From an uncultured delta proteobacterium (GTDB taxonomy: Bacteria > Myxococcota_A > Polyangia > Polyangiales > B10-G4): DNA of 64,000 bases. Below are positions 1 through 10,144 of this stretch, piece after piece. Each line of letters begins with the position of its first letter. The stretch's first letter is position 1. The position numbers and the translations under genes were made by a program. The stretch spans positions 224,001 through 288,000 of the forward strand of contig CAVSGI010000012.1 in assembly GCA_963727445.1 (NCBI GenBank). Reading direction: 5' to 3'. A model generated the notes under the pieces. That model was not told the DNA's origin and did no database searches. It worked only from the letters and a program-made list of their open reading frames with translations.

Positions 1-2
1 GC

Positions 3-692
3 ATGGAGGCGATGGCCCGCCGCTCTCAGGCGCTCCTCGGCCGCAATGATCTCGACGACGCGGAGCGCACCGCCCGCATGGCCGTGACCTATTATCGGAC
101 GCGGCCCGAGGCCGAGCTGGTCAACGACCCCTTCTTCGCCGCCGCCGCGAACTTCGTGCTCGCCGACGCCATCCGGCGCAAGGCCGCCGCGATGGCCATC
201 CCCGAGGCCGAGGTGGAGCGCCAGCGCGAGGTCCTCGAGCGCCGCGCTCAGTACATGCTTCGGGCGCAGCGCGAGTACTTCAACACCATGTCGCTCACCA
301 ACGCCCACTGGGCGGCGGCGGCCGGCTACGAGATCGGCGCGATGTACGACAAGTTCTGGCAGGACATCATGAGCGCGCCCACGCCGCCGCCTCGCAACCC
401 GCTGCCCCCCGGTACCTACGACGACTATGCCGACGAGTATCGTCACGAGCTCGCCCGCCTGGTCGAGCCCCTCATCCGCCACGCCATCCGCTACTGGGAG
501 CTCACCCTGATGATGGTGGAGCGCACCCAGTCCCAGACGCCCTGGGCGACGCGCATCCGCGAGGACCTCGAGCGGGCGCGGCAGCGGCTCATCACCCAGC
601 CCGGGGAGCCCCCGATGCCCGATGACCCCGATGCCGCTGCGCCCGAAGCGCCTCCGAGCGACGAGACCGGCGAGGCCCTCTCCGAGCCGTGA
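3..692 (+). CDS. TPR-like helical protein, C-terminal part (5' truncated by window edge)
   Basis: Open frame from the window edge with high GC3; helical repeats (AAAANFVLAD, WAAAAGYEIGAMY, IRYWELTL) resembling myxobacterial TPR proteins. Confidence 0.6.
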   Translation: MEAMARRSQALLGRNDLDDAERTARMAVTYYRTRPEAELVNDPFFAAAANFVLADAIRRKAAAMAIPEAEVERQREVLERRAQYMLRAQREYFNTMSLTNAHWAAAAGYEIGAMYDKFWQDIMSAPTPPPRNPLPPGTYDDYADEYRHELARLVEPLIRHAIRYWELTLMMVERTQSQTPWATRIREDLERARQRLITQPGEPPMPDDPDAAAPEAPPSDETGEALSEP

Positions 693-725
693 TCGCTCCG
701 TCGCCTTTCGTGGCAACCTAGACGC

Positions 726-1745
726 GTGTCTGGGGACGAGGATCGACCCGAGGAAGAGAGCGATGGCGGCGAGTCGCTTCAGCTCTCCAACATCCGCAGC
801 CTCGACGACACCGGCACCACCTCACTCACGTCCTTCTTGACGAAGCCCGTGCCGCGCAAGCGCACGCCCCTGCCTCGGGTGCGCTCGAAGGTGGCCGAGG
901 CGGCGCCACCGACCGAGGCGCCGAGCACACCGGCCGAGGCGGCGCCACCGACCGAGGCGTCGAGCACACCGACGCCCCCCGAGCCTCCACAGGTCGAGCC
1001 GGCCTCAGAGTCGCGCGCGAAGGAGCGGAGCACCCCGCTCTTCCTCGGGATCGGCCTCGTCTCCGCCGCCCTGCTCGCCATCGTGTGGGTCGGAAGCGGC
1101 GCGGGCTCGATGGTGGAATCGGAGGTGGAAGCGGCAGGTGAGGCCGAGACCGAGACCGAAGCCGAAACGGGGAGCGACACCACGGCCGAGGTGGAGGCGG
1201 TAGCGGCGGGCGTGGCCGAGGCGGTGGGCGTGGCGGGTTCGGGCACCGACGAGGAAGTCGCCGAAGAGGTCGGCGACCATTCGGCCCCCACCGATCCGGC
1301 AGCGGACCTCGCGCCCCTCGCCGTGCTCCCCGTGACGCCGCCCGAGATCCTCAGCCAGAACACCTGGGCGCGCCGCAACCGCGCCGCCGAGATCCGCGCC
1401 GAGGCGCGATCGCTCTATGGGGCCGAGCGATGGGAAGAAGCGCGCGACAAGCTGCTCCTCTCGCTGCAGTGGGATCCCACCAACACCGACGCCCAGCGCA
1501 ACGTCTCGCGCACCTATCAGCAGATGCGCGAGATGGAGCAAGCGCTCTCCTGGTCCCGCCGCGCCATCGCCACCGATCCGAGCGACCCGCGCAGCCACGA
1601 GCTCCTCGGCGATCAGCTCCTCATGTTGGGTCACCGCGTCGAAGCGCTCGCGGCCTATCGCGCTGGCCTCTCCGCCGCCCCCGACGACGCCCGCCTCAAG
1701 CTGCGCGTCCGACGGCTCGAGGACTCGCCTCAGGCCGTGCCTTGA
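726..1745 (+). CDS. Single-pass membrane protein with C-terminal TPR repeats
   Basis: GTG start; Pro/Glu-rich N-terminus, TM segment (LFLGIGLVSAALLAIVWVG), TPR motifs (WDPTNTDAQRNV, DPSDPRSHELLGD, APDDARLK). Confidence 0.75.
   Translation: MSGDEDRPEEESDGGESLQLSNIRSLDDTGTTSLTSFLTKPVPRKRTPLPRVRSKVAEAAPPTEAPSTPAEAAPPTEASSTPTPPEPPQVEPASESRAKERSTPLFLGIGLVSAALLAIVWVGSGAGSMVESEVEAAGEAETETEAETGSDTTAEVEAVAAGVAEAVGVAGSGTDEEVAEEVGDHSAPTDPAADLAPLAVLPVTPPEILSQNTWARRNRAAEIRAEARSLYGAERWEEARDKLLLSLQWDPTNTDAQRNVSRTYQQMREMEQALSWSRRAIATDPSDPRSHELLGDQLLMLGHRVEALAAYRAGLSAAPDDARLKLRVRRLEDSPQAVP
893..970 (+). repeat. 39-bp tandem duplication (AEAAPPTEA[P/S]STP x2) inside CDS
   Basis: ggccgaggcggcgccaccgaccgaggcg[c/t]cgagcacacc occurs twice in tandem with one mismatch. 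Confidence 0.9.
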
Positions 1746-1781
1746 GGGCGGCCATGCGACGACGCGGATCCCACGCGCGCG

Positions 1782-2900
1782 TCAGATCGTCGTGCCGAGG
1801 TACCAGATGACGTAGAGGTACTGGAACGTGCAGCCGGAGCACCAGTACTCGGGGTCTTCGGGCTGGGCGATGCGGCCGTCCATCCAGTGGTGCAGGAGCT
1901 TGTTCTGCTCGGGGTCGTAGAGGTGGGTGCGGCCGAGGTCGAGGACGAAGATGGCCTCGTCGAAGAAGCGACTGTCTTGGCTCTCCTGATAGAGGAGGGT
2001 GAGCGCGAGGGCGAGGTAGTTCTGACTCGACAAGGTGCTGAAGTCGTCGGTCATGGCGCCCATGTGCTCCGCGCTGTAGGGCGAGCGGTAGCCGCCGCGC
2101 TCGTCGGCGCGCAGGGGCTGGATGGCGTCGAAGACCGCGAGGGCGCGCGAGAGGTGGGCCTCGTCTCCGGTCAGCTGATGCAGCCGGCACAGGACGAGCA
2201 TCATCATCGTGTTCGGGTAGAGGAAGAGCTCCTCCTCGCCGGGCTCGAAGAGGTAGCGGGTGCCGTCCCAGGCGTTGCGGTCGATGGCGGCGACGACGGT
2301 CAGGGCGGTGTCGAGGCGTTCGGTGCTTCTGTCGGTGTCGAGATAGTAGGCGTACTGGAGGTTCAGGAGCGCCGCGCCGCCGGTGATCGACGTGGGGCCG
2401 TAGGTCGACAGGGCGAAGGAGCCGATGTCGGCGCCGGAGGGCAGGTAGTTGGCGAAGAGCCAGAGGAGCTGGTTGGTCTCGTCGACGAATCGATCGATGA
2501 GCGGCACGTCCGAGGTGTCACCCGTCGCGTCGACGTATTCGATGAGGCCGAGCGCGCTCATCAGCGCTTCCTCCATGTTGGCGAGGTAGAAGTCGCGGCT
2601 GTCCGCGGCCTGCGTCACCAGCATCCGGTCGTAGTCCCGCGCCCGCGCCGCGACCTCGCCGAAGCGGGGATCGCTTCGCTCGTTGGCGAGGCGCGCGTGG
2701 AGCGCGGTGCCGTAGAAGGGCGCGTCGCCGTAGTCGTCGGCCCAGTCTCCGTCGACCTGGTCGAAGGTCGTGGTGCTCTCGAGGATCGTCTCGAAGAAAG
2801 ACGTCAGCTCGGCCGGCATCTCCGGGGGAGGTGACGCGACGGGGGGCACCGAAGTGCTGCAGCTCGCGAGCAACACGAACGAGGGAAGCAAGCGCCACAC
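1782..2900 (-). CDS. Lipoprotein with alpha/alpha-toroid fold (GH76/six-hairpin glycosidase-like)
   Basis: Lipobox LLASC; helical hairpin motifs (LHQLTGDEAHLSRA, LYQESQDSRFFDEA). Confidence 0.6.
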   Translation of the reverse strand: MWRLLPSFVLLASCSTSVPPVASPPPEMPAELTSFFETILESTTTFDQVDGDWADDYGDAPFYGTALHARLANERSDPRFGEVAARARDYDRMLVTQAADSRDFYLANMEEALMSALGLIEYVDATGDTSDVPLIDRFVDETNQLLWLFANYLPSGADIGSFALSTYGPTSITGGAALLNLQYAYYLDTDRSTERLDTALTVVAAIDRNAWDGTRYLFEPGEEELFLYPNTMMMLVLCRLHQLTGDEAHLSRALAVFDAIQPLRADERGGYRSPYSAEHMGAMTDDFSTLSSQNYLALALTLLYQESQDSRFFDEAIFVLDLGRTHLYDPEQNKLLHHWMDGRIAQPEDPEYWCSGCTFQYLYVIWYLGTTI

Positions 2901-3073
2901 GATCGGAGGATAGCCCGTCGGACGCGGAGGGGCAGGCGACGCGTCAGGGCGGACAATTCCGATCGGACTGCGTAACTCCCCAACATGTTTGAGTCACCCT
3001 CCCCGTTCGAGGCTTGCGCAGCCATGGCCAACTCTTACTCTCGATAGCTCGGGGAAGCGTCCAGGGGGGACCC

Positions 3074-3238
3074 ATGAGCATTCGGCCCAAGACCAACGCA
3101 GAAAAAGAAGCTCAGAGGACGAAGGAAGCCAGCGGTGTGAAGACAGCCGGCGCGCCAGAGCCCGACGATCCTTTTGCCGAGTTCCACGACGGCTGGGAGC
3201 CGGTTCGCAAGCGCAAGTCGGCCCCGCCGAACGAGTGA
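3074..3238 (+). CDS. Small hypothetical protein (54 aa)
   Basis: G-rich RBS-like run before ATG; occupies an otherwise empty intergenic region. Confidence 0.35.
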   Translation: MSIRPKTNAEKEAQRTKEASGVKTAGAPEPDDPFAEFHDGWEPVRKRKSAPPNE

Positions 3239-3316
3239 ATTTCTCGGCCCGTCAGTGGCCAGGGCAGAGAGGGGGCCAGACCGAGGCTCCCACCGAATTC
3301 GCCGCACTTCTCTCGC

Positions 3317-3345
3317 TTGACACACCCCAATTCGAGGCGTATCTA
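3317..3345 (+). promoter_or_regulatory. Sigma70-type promoter of the tRNA-tuf operon
   Basis: TTGACA-17 nt-TATCTA about 90 nt upstream of the first tRNA. Confidence 0.65.
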
Positions 3346-3435
3346 AGCCGCCCCTCGAACCGCTGATGGGGTGGTTTCGTTTACCTTTTTGGCGGGTCTG
3401 GGGGAGCGGTTTCGGGCTCCGGCTCGGGGTCGTTG

Positions 3436-3507
3436 GCTGGCGTAGCTCAATGGTAGAGCACCTGTTTTGTAAACAGGTGGCTGTGGGTTCGAGTCCCGTC
3501 GCCAGCT
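3436..3507 (+). tRNA. tRNA-Thr (TGT)
   Basis: Acceptor GCTGGCG/CGCCAGC; anticodon arm cctgt-tTTGTaa-acagg with TGT; GTTCGAG T-loop. Confidence 0.96.
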
Positions 3508-3539
3508 CGCTCTTTAGATAGATAAACCGACGTGTTTCC

Positions 3540-3622
3540 GGAGGGTTGCCCGAGCGGCCAAAGGGAGCAGACTGTAAATCTGCCGGCTTATGCCTACGGT
3601 GGTTCGAATCCACCACCCTCCA
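3540..3622 (+). tRNA. tRNA-Tyr (GTA)
   Basis: Acceptor GGAGGGT/ACCCTCC; gcaga-ctGTAaa-tctgc; long variable arm; GGTTCGAATCC. Confidence 0.97.
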
Positions 3623-3633
3623 CCCACTCGTTT

Positions 3634-3706
3634 GCGGGAGTAGCTCAGTTGGTAGAGCGTCAGCCTTCCAAGCTGAACGTCGCCGGTTCGACCCCGGTCT
3701 CCCGCT
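3634..3706 (+). tRNA. tRNA-Gly (TCC)
   Basis: Acceptor GCGGGAG/CTCCCGC; tcagc-ctTCCaa-gctga. Confidence 0.97.
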
Positions 3707-3788
3707 CCGGTCCAACAGAAGGCGAAGACGACGTCAGTCGACTCGTAGCTGGATTGGCGGACCTAGCACGTCGGTAAGCAGTGAATTT

Positions 3789-3863
3789 GCCCAGGTAGCT
3801 CAGTGGTAGAGCACCTCCTTGGTAAGGAGGAGGTCGTGAGTTCAAGCCTCATCCTGGGCTCCA
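3789..3863 (+). tRNA. tRNA-Thr (GGT), CCA encoded
   Basis: Acceptor GCCCAGG/CCTGGGC; ctcc-ttGGTaa-ggag; ends TCCA. Confidence 0.97.
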
Positions 3864-3897
3864 TCGGACCCATGAGGTCGACGGAGGATCGCGAAAG

Positions 3898-5087
<1,190 letters not shown>

Positions 5088-5088
<1 letters not shown>

Positions 5089-5249
5089 TGGGCGACCGGG
5101 TCCGAGTGGCCCTCGCCTGCGAGAAGTGCGGCGCGCGGAACTACCACACGACGAAGGCCCCGAAAAAAGGGGCCTCGTCGAAGCGCCTCTCATTGAAGAA
5201 GTACTGTCCCACCTGTGGGCAACACACGAATCACCTGGAATCCAAATAG
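5088..5249 (+). CDS. rpmG: 50S ribosomal protein L33 (Zn-binding, C+ form)
   Basis: GTG start overlaps the tuf TAG; VALACEKCGARNYHTTK...LKKYCPTCGQHTNHLESK. Confidence 0.95.
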
Positions 5250-5321
5250 GCCAGTAGCTCCAATTGGTAGAGCAGCTGATTCCAAATCAGCGGGTTGGGG
5301 GTTCGAATCCCTCCTGGCCTG
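5248..5321 (+). tRNA. tRNA-Trp (CCA)
   Basis: Acceptor AGGCCAG/CTGGCCT; gctga-ttCCAaa-tcagc; GGTTCGAATCC; canonical position before secE. Confidence 0.96.
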
Positions 5322-5355
5322 CCGAGCGGTGAGAGACGAAGTCGAGGACTGACAA

Positions 5356-5772
5356 ATGGTTGATGAAGCGGAAGAGAAGGTCGAGAGAGAAGCCGTCGGC
5401 GCGAGCCGTACTCTCGGCATCGAGCGCTGGGTCCAGTTCGGCTTCATCGCCATGGCGGTCATCACCTTCTGGCTCTCCGACAAGATCATCTTCGCGATCT
5501 GGGATCAGTTCGCGGAGCCTGATCCGACGCTCGTGGCGGGTTGTGCAGCGCTCGTCGGCATCGCCGGTGCGTGGATCGCCTACAGGCGCGAGGACTCGAA
5601 GGCCTTCGCTCAGGAGGCGGTGGCCGAGCTCTCCAAGGTCGCCTGGCCCTCGCGCAAAGAGACCTGGCAGAACACGGTGGTGACGGTGGTCGTGTCGATC
5701 ATCGCCGCCATCATCCTCTTCGCCTTCGACGCCACCTGGTCGGCGATCACCGACCTCATCTACAAGGTGTAG
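5356..5772 (+). CDS. secE: Preprotein translocase subunit SecE (3-TM form)
   Basis: ELSKVAWPSRKET motif followed by a TM helix; located between trnW and nusG. Confidence 0.95.
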   Translation: MVDEAEEKVEREAVGASRTLGIERWVQFGFIAMAVITFWLSDKIIFAIWDQFAEPDPTLVAGCAALVGIAGAWIAYRREDSKAFAQEAVAELSKVAWPSRKETWQNTVVTVVVSIIAAIILFAFDATWSAITDLIYKV

Positions 5773-5774
5773 TG

Positions 5775-6518
5775 ATGGAAGGCGAGACCAAGGAAGAAGG
5801 CGCCGTGGAAACTCCGACGGACAGCAACCCGGAACAGAAGGGTGACGAAGTGGAAACCCAGACCGAAGCAGTGAGCACCCCAGCGGCGGAGACCGAGGCG
5901 GCCCCCGAGGAGGCCCCCGAGGCGGTGGCGGCGCCGCCGGAGGCCTTCGCCCCCACCATGCCCAGCCCCGAGCCGCAGCCCGAGGGCCCGAAGAAGAAGT
6001 GGTACGTCGTGCAGGCGTACTCGGGCTACGAGAACAAGGTGAAGCTCTCGCTCCTCGAGCGGATCAAGCAGGCCGGCATGGAGGACAGCTTCGGCGAGAT
6101 CCTCATCCCGAAGGAGAACGTGCAGGAGACCCGCGGCGGCAGCAAGCGCGTCACCACGCGGAACTTCTACCCGGGCTACATCTTCGTGCAGATGGACCTG
6201 AACGAGCACACCTGGCACCTGATCAAGGACACGCCCAAGGTGAGCGGCTTCGTCGGCGGGCGTCATCCGGCGCCGGTTCCGTCGGCGGAGATCAACGCCA
6301 TCGCACAGCAGGTCGCTGAGGGTGCCGCCAAGCCGAAGCCGCGCGTCGTCTTCGAGGAGAACGACCACGTTCGCGTCACCGACGGAGCCTTCGCCAACTT
6401 CACGGGCACCATCGTCGAGGTGAAGCCCGAGAAGCAGAAGGTCCGCGTGCTCGTCTCCATCTTCGGCCGCGCCACGCCGGTCGAGCTGGATTACGCGCAG
6501 GTCGAAAAGACCGCCTGA
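5775..6518 (+). CDS. nusG: Transcription termination/antitermination factor NusG, with acidic/Pro-rich N-terminal extension
   Basis: KWYVVQAYSGYENKV, FYPGYIFV, KOW domain and VSIFGRATPVEL. Confidence 0.97.
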   Translation: MEGETKEEGAVETPTDSNPEQKGDEVETQTEAVSTPAAETEAAPEEAPEAVAAPPEAFAPTMPSPEPQPEGPKKKWYVVQAYSGYENKVKLSLLERIKQAGMEDSFGEILIPKENVQETRGGSKRVTTRNFYPGYIFVQMDLNEHTWHLIKDTPKVSGFVGGRHPAPVPSAEINAIAQQVAEGAAKPKPRVVFEENDHVRVTDGAFANFTGTIVEVKPEKQKVRVLVSIFGRATPVELDYAQVEKTA

Positions 6519-6538
6519 CGCGGCATCGCCGACGGACG

Positions 6539-6570
6539 AACGCCCGGCTCACCGCGAGTCGGGCGTTTCT
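6539..6570 (+). terminator. Hairpin terminator after nusG (overlaps the end of the convergent gene)
   Basis: aacgcccggctc-accgc-gagtcgggcgtt stem-loop followed by tct. Confidence 0.55.
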
Positions 6571-7986
6571 GCGTTCATGGCCTCCACCAGATAGGCGAGC
6601 CCTTCGGTCCGGCGCCGCGACGAGCCCTCGAAGTGACTCTCGTCGGTCGGGCGCCACGCGTGCGTGATGCCGAGCTCTTCGAGCCGCGCGTGGAAGCGCT
6701 CGGCGGGGCGGAAGGTGTCGAAGGCGTCGTTTCGACCCACCGAGAGGAAGAGGTGACCGGACAGCCGCGCTTTGACGCGCTCGGCGACCTCCGGGTCGGC
6801 GAGGAGCGTGAGCGGCTGCTCGTTCATCCACTCGGCAAACCTCTCTTCGTCGACGGCGCCCGATCCGAGATCGAAGGGCCACGCCATTTGCTGAGGCTCC
6901 GAGCGATCGGCGAACTGCGCCGCGTAGCTGATCATCTGCCCCGGCCCACCCAGCGCATCTTCGGCCCGCGTCCACGCGAGCCAGAGCGGCCGCACCACGC
7001 GGCGTTCGTCGACGAGCCAGGCGTCGAAGTCGAGGCCATCCGGCGACGACGCCGCCGCGCCTCCGAAGAGATCCATGCGGCGCAGCGCGAGGGCGACGGA
7101 GTTGTAGCCCCCGGTGGAGTGGCCCAGAAGCGCGCGGCTCTCCGGGTTGGGGTGCGTCCGAAAACGCCGATCGACCTCGGCGACCACCTGCTCGAGGAAG
7201 TGCTCCCACTCGCCCGCGAGCTCCGTGTTTCGGAAGTAGCTCGCGCCGAAACGCGTGCGTCCATCGACGCCCACCAGGATGACGTCGTGATCGGCCTCGG
7301 CGAGGTGCAGGTACTGCGTATCCGTCCCTCCGTAACCGGGAAGCAGATACACCACCGGGTAGCGGCGCCGGGCCGACGCGGCGTACGAGGAGGGGAGGGC
7401 GACGCAGACCCTCCGCGTGGTCTCGTTGTGAATGGCGCCGGCGACGTCGGGCGCTTCCAGCTCGAGGAGCTCGCGCCGCTCGCCCGTGCACGCCTCCTCG
7501 CGCTCGGCCGCCGGGCTTCCGCGCTCGAGCTCGACCACCAGCTCCGTGGCGCCGACCGCTGTCGGCTCCGACGCGCCGACCCACTGCATCTCGTTCGGCT
7601 GGCCCATGAACGCCTTCCACGGATCGCTGCCGTGCGGCTGATAGATGGCGAAGAGGCTTCCCGGCGCGTCGTTGGCCACGTGGCCGATTCTCCGTCGGCG
7701 TGCGGCTCAGGGTCTTCGTCGGCGGGGTCACCCGGATGTTCTGGATGAGCTGGACGAAGTCCGCGTCCGAGGCGTGGCCCTCGCGCAGCGCGGTCAGCGT
7801 CTCGGGGGGCAGCCACGCCCACGCGACGTGGCCCGGACCCACCTCGCCCTCTGTGTCGATGCGCACCGAGAGGCGAAGCTCGGTGGTGGGCGTCGGGGCT
7901 TCGGCCCGAGGAGTCTCGGGCGGGGCAGCCGGCTCGTCGCACGCGGTGAGCAAGAGGACAAAGGCGAGCTTCGTGGTGAGACGCAT
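6549..7986 (-). CDS. Alpha/beta-hydrolase (esterase family) lipoprotein; one frameshift near 7690-7720
   Basis: Signal peptide MRLTTKLAFVLLLTAC at 7986; a second frame carries YPVVYLLPG and the GHSTGG nucleophile motif. Confidence 0.75.
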
Positions 7987-8005
7987 GGGGGCAGAGGATA
8001 CGAGA

Positions 8006-8923
8006 TCACCGGCGCGCACGGGCGCGGGTCCGCAGTGAGTGCATGGCGGCCTCTTCGACCGCGTTGGGCGCGGCGCCAGTCCGGCGACAGAGCCAGAAGT
8101 GGCTCGCGGGAAAGAGGCGCGAGACGTCGCGCACGACGACCCCCTCGTCGCGTACCCGGTGGCCGGGCAGCAGCGACAGGAACGCCGCGCCGAGCCCGAG
8201 CGAGACGAAGCGCAGCGCCGCGGCGCGTCCATCCACCTCGAAGCGCACCTCGGCGCCGAGGGGCCCGAGCACCGACATCACCCGGCGCCGCGTGCTCGAG
8301 CGCTCGCGGTATCCCACGATGTCGAGCGCGGCCATCGCGCGCGCGTCGACGCGGCGGCGCTGGGCGAGCGGGCTGGTCTTCGGCAGGACGAGCCAGAGCC
8401 GATCGCGACAGAGCTCTTCCGCCTCGATACCTTCCGGCGCATCGGCCGCGCGCACCACGGCCACGTCGGCCGCGCCCGATTGGAGGAGCCTCTGCGCTGC
8501 GTCGGCGCCCGCGCGTCGCACGCGGAGCGAGAGCTCCGGGAACTTCCGCTGCAGATCGTGGAACACCTCGGGCAGGAGCTCGGTGGTGATGGTGCCGGTG
8601 CAAGCGAATGTGAGGTGCGACGGCGCCACGCCGGCCTTGTCGTGCAAGCGCGACACGGCGGCGAAGACGCGCCCGCTCTCTTCGGCCACCGCCTGGCCCA
8701 CCGAGCTCAGGCGTAGACCCGACGCACGCCCCTCGAAGAGCGGCACCCCGAGATGTGCCTCCAGCGTCTGGATCCGCCGCCTCAGGACGCTCGCATCGAC
8801 CCGATTCGCCGCCGCCGCCGCTTCGTAGGCGCCGCGCGGGTCCTGGGTCACGCGTTCGGCGAGGTGCCGAAAGGAGCGTAGGTGCTCCATCAGATCGCCG
8901 GGATAGCGGGGTGGATCAATCAT
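8006..8923 (-). CDS. LysR-family transcriptional regulator
   Basis: HTH (LRRRIQTLEAHLGVPLF) and substrate-binding domain (LPEVFHDLQRKFPELSL); start at 8923 or 8890. Confidence 0.85.
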   Translation of the reverse strand: MIDPPRYPGDLMEHLRSFRHLAERVTQDPRGAYEAAAAANRVDASVLRRRIQTLEAHLGVPLFEGRASGLRLSSVGQAVAEESGRVFAAVSRLHDKAGVAPSHLTFACTGTITTELLPEVFHDLQRKFPELSLRVRRAGADAAQRLLQSGAADVAVVRAADAPEGIEAEELCRDRLWLVLPKTSPLAQRRRVDARAMAALDIVGYRERSSTRRRVMSVLGPLGAEVRFEVDGRAAALRFVSLGLGAAFLSLLPGHRVRDEGVVVRDVSRLFPASHFWLCRRTGAAPNAVEEAAMHSLRTRARARR

Positions 8924-8965
8924 GCGAGTTCTGCATGAATATATCGTAAACCTTGCCTTGTTTGC

Positions 8966-9481
8966 ATGATGAGGCGGACCCCATCCTGGCTCATGGCCAG
9001 AGCACCCAGCCCCACCATCGCCTTCGTTCTCGTCGTCTGCCGCCACGAGGGGCGCTTCCTCCTGGTCGAGGAGCGAAAGCACGGCGGCGGCTTCTACCTG
9101 CCCGCTGGCGGGGTCGAGCTCGGGGAGACCCTCATCGAGGCGGCCGTCCGCGAGACCCTCGAGGAGGCTGCGGTCCTGGTGCGACCGACCCAGCTCCTCG
9201 CGATGGACCATCACTGGCTGCCAGGTGAAGGGCGGGTGATGCAGAAGATGCGCTTCATCCTCGAAGCCGAGGTCGACTCTGACCCCACGCCCAAGCGGTC
9301 GGCGGACAAGCACAGCCTCGGGGCGCGTTGGGTGACCGCCGACGAGATTCACGATCTGCCTCTGCGTCACGAGGAGGTCCTCGAGTGGACCCGCCTCGCA
9401 CTCGCGACGACCCCGGCGCTGCCGATTTCGCAGTACCGGGGCATCGGCCTCTACCGGCGCCCCATCGTCTTCGAAGATTGA
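8966..9481 (+). CDS. NUDIX hydrolase
   Basis: Nudix box GGVELGETLIEAAVRETLEE; divergent from LysR. Confidence 0.9.
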   Translation: MMRRTPSWLMARAPSPTIAFVLVVCRHEGRFLLVEERKHGGGFYLPAGGVELGETLIEAAVRETLEEAAVLVRPTQLLAMDHHWLPGEGRVMQKMRFILEAEVDSDPTPKRSADKHSLGARWVTADEIHDLPLRHEEVLEWTRLALATTPALPISQYRGIGLYRRPIVFED

Positions 9482-9553
9482 GACGTCACCCCGGCCGGGA
9501 CTGGTGACCCCACCTGCGGTTGACTCTCCCACCGGATGATCGAGACTCCGCGC

Positions 9554-10105
9554 ATGCGCACCCGCTTGGTTTTCGCTTCTGCTCTTCTGGCCACACTCTT
9601 CACCACCGCCTGCGGAGACGACGGAGGCCCCACCGGCGGCGACTCCAGCGTCACCGTCGACTCGTCGACGGACACCGGAACAGCGCCGGACGCGAGCCCC
9701 GACACCAGCGCCCCCGACGCGGCCGCGGATAGCGCCATCGCGGACGCCGAGGCTGACACCATGACGTCCATGGACTCCTCGAGCCCGATGGACAGCTCGA
9801 TGATCTTCGCGTGCACCCTCGACGAGCTGTCGCCCATCTTCGAGTGCGCCCGCTCCTCTTGCGTGAGCCTGCCCGACGCGAGCCTGCCGGACGTGAGCCT
9901 CAGCGGCGACGCGAGCCTGCCGGACGCGAGCCTGCCGGACGCGAGCCTGCCGGATCCGGGCGAGCTCGCGACCTGCATCCTGGTCAACTGCGGGACCCTG
10001 GTCTTCGGCGTTTCGAGCGAGTGCCGCGGCTGCCTGCTGGCGGGCGTCGGCATGAACCTCGACGAGATCCGCATGATGTGTGCCCCCGGCATCGCCGTCC
10101 CCTGA
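9554..10105 (+). CDS. Hypothetical Cys-containing lipoprotein
   Basis: Lipobox FTTAC; Asp/Ser-rich linker; Cys-rich C-terminus with DASLP repeats. Confidence 0.75.
   Translation: MRTRLVFASALLATLFTTACGDDGGPTGGDSSVTVDSSTDTGTAPDASPDTSAPDAAADSAIADAEADTMTSMDSSSPMDSSMIFACTLDELSPIFECARSSCVSLPDASLPDVSLSGDASLPDASLPDASLPDPGELATCILVNCGTLVFGVSSECRGCLLAGVGMNLDEIRMMCAPGIAVP
9865..9954 (+). repeat. 15-bp coding tandem repeat (DASLP, about 6 units)
   Basis: Repeated gacgcgagcctgccg units, some degenerate. Confidence 0.85.
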
Positions 10106-10144
10106 CACCGGGAACTCCGCCGCGCTCCCGCTGTCTGAGGGAGG

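Noticed and set aside
3707..3788. Possible extra RNA between tRNA-Gly and tRNA-Thr
   Set aside because: Only a weak cgacgt/acgtcg pairing; no cloverleaf or T-loop
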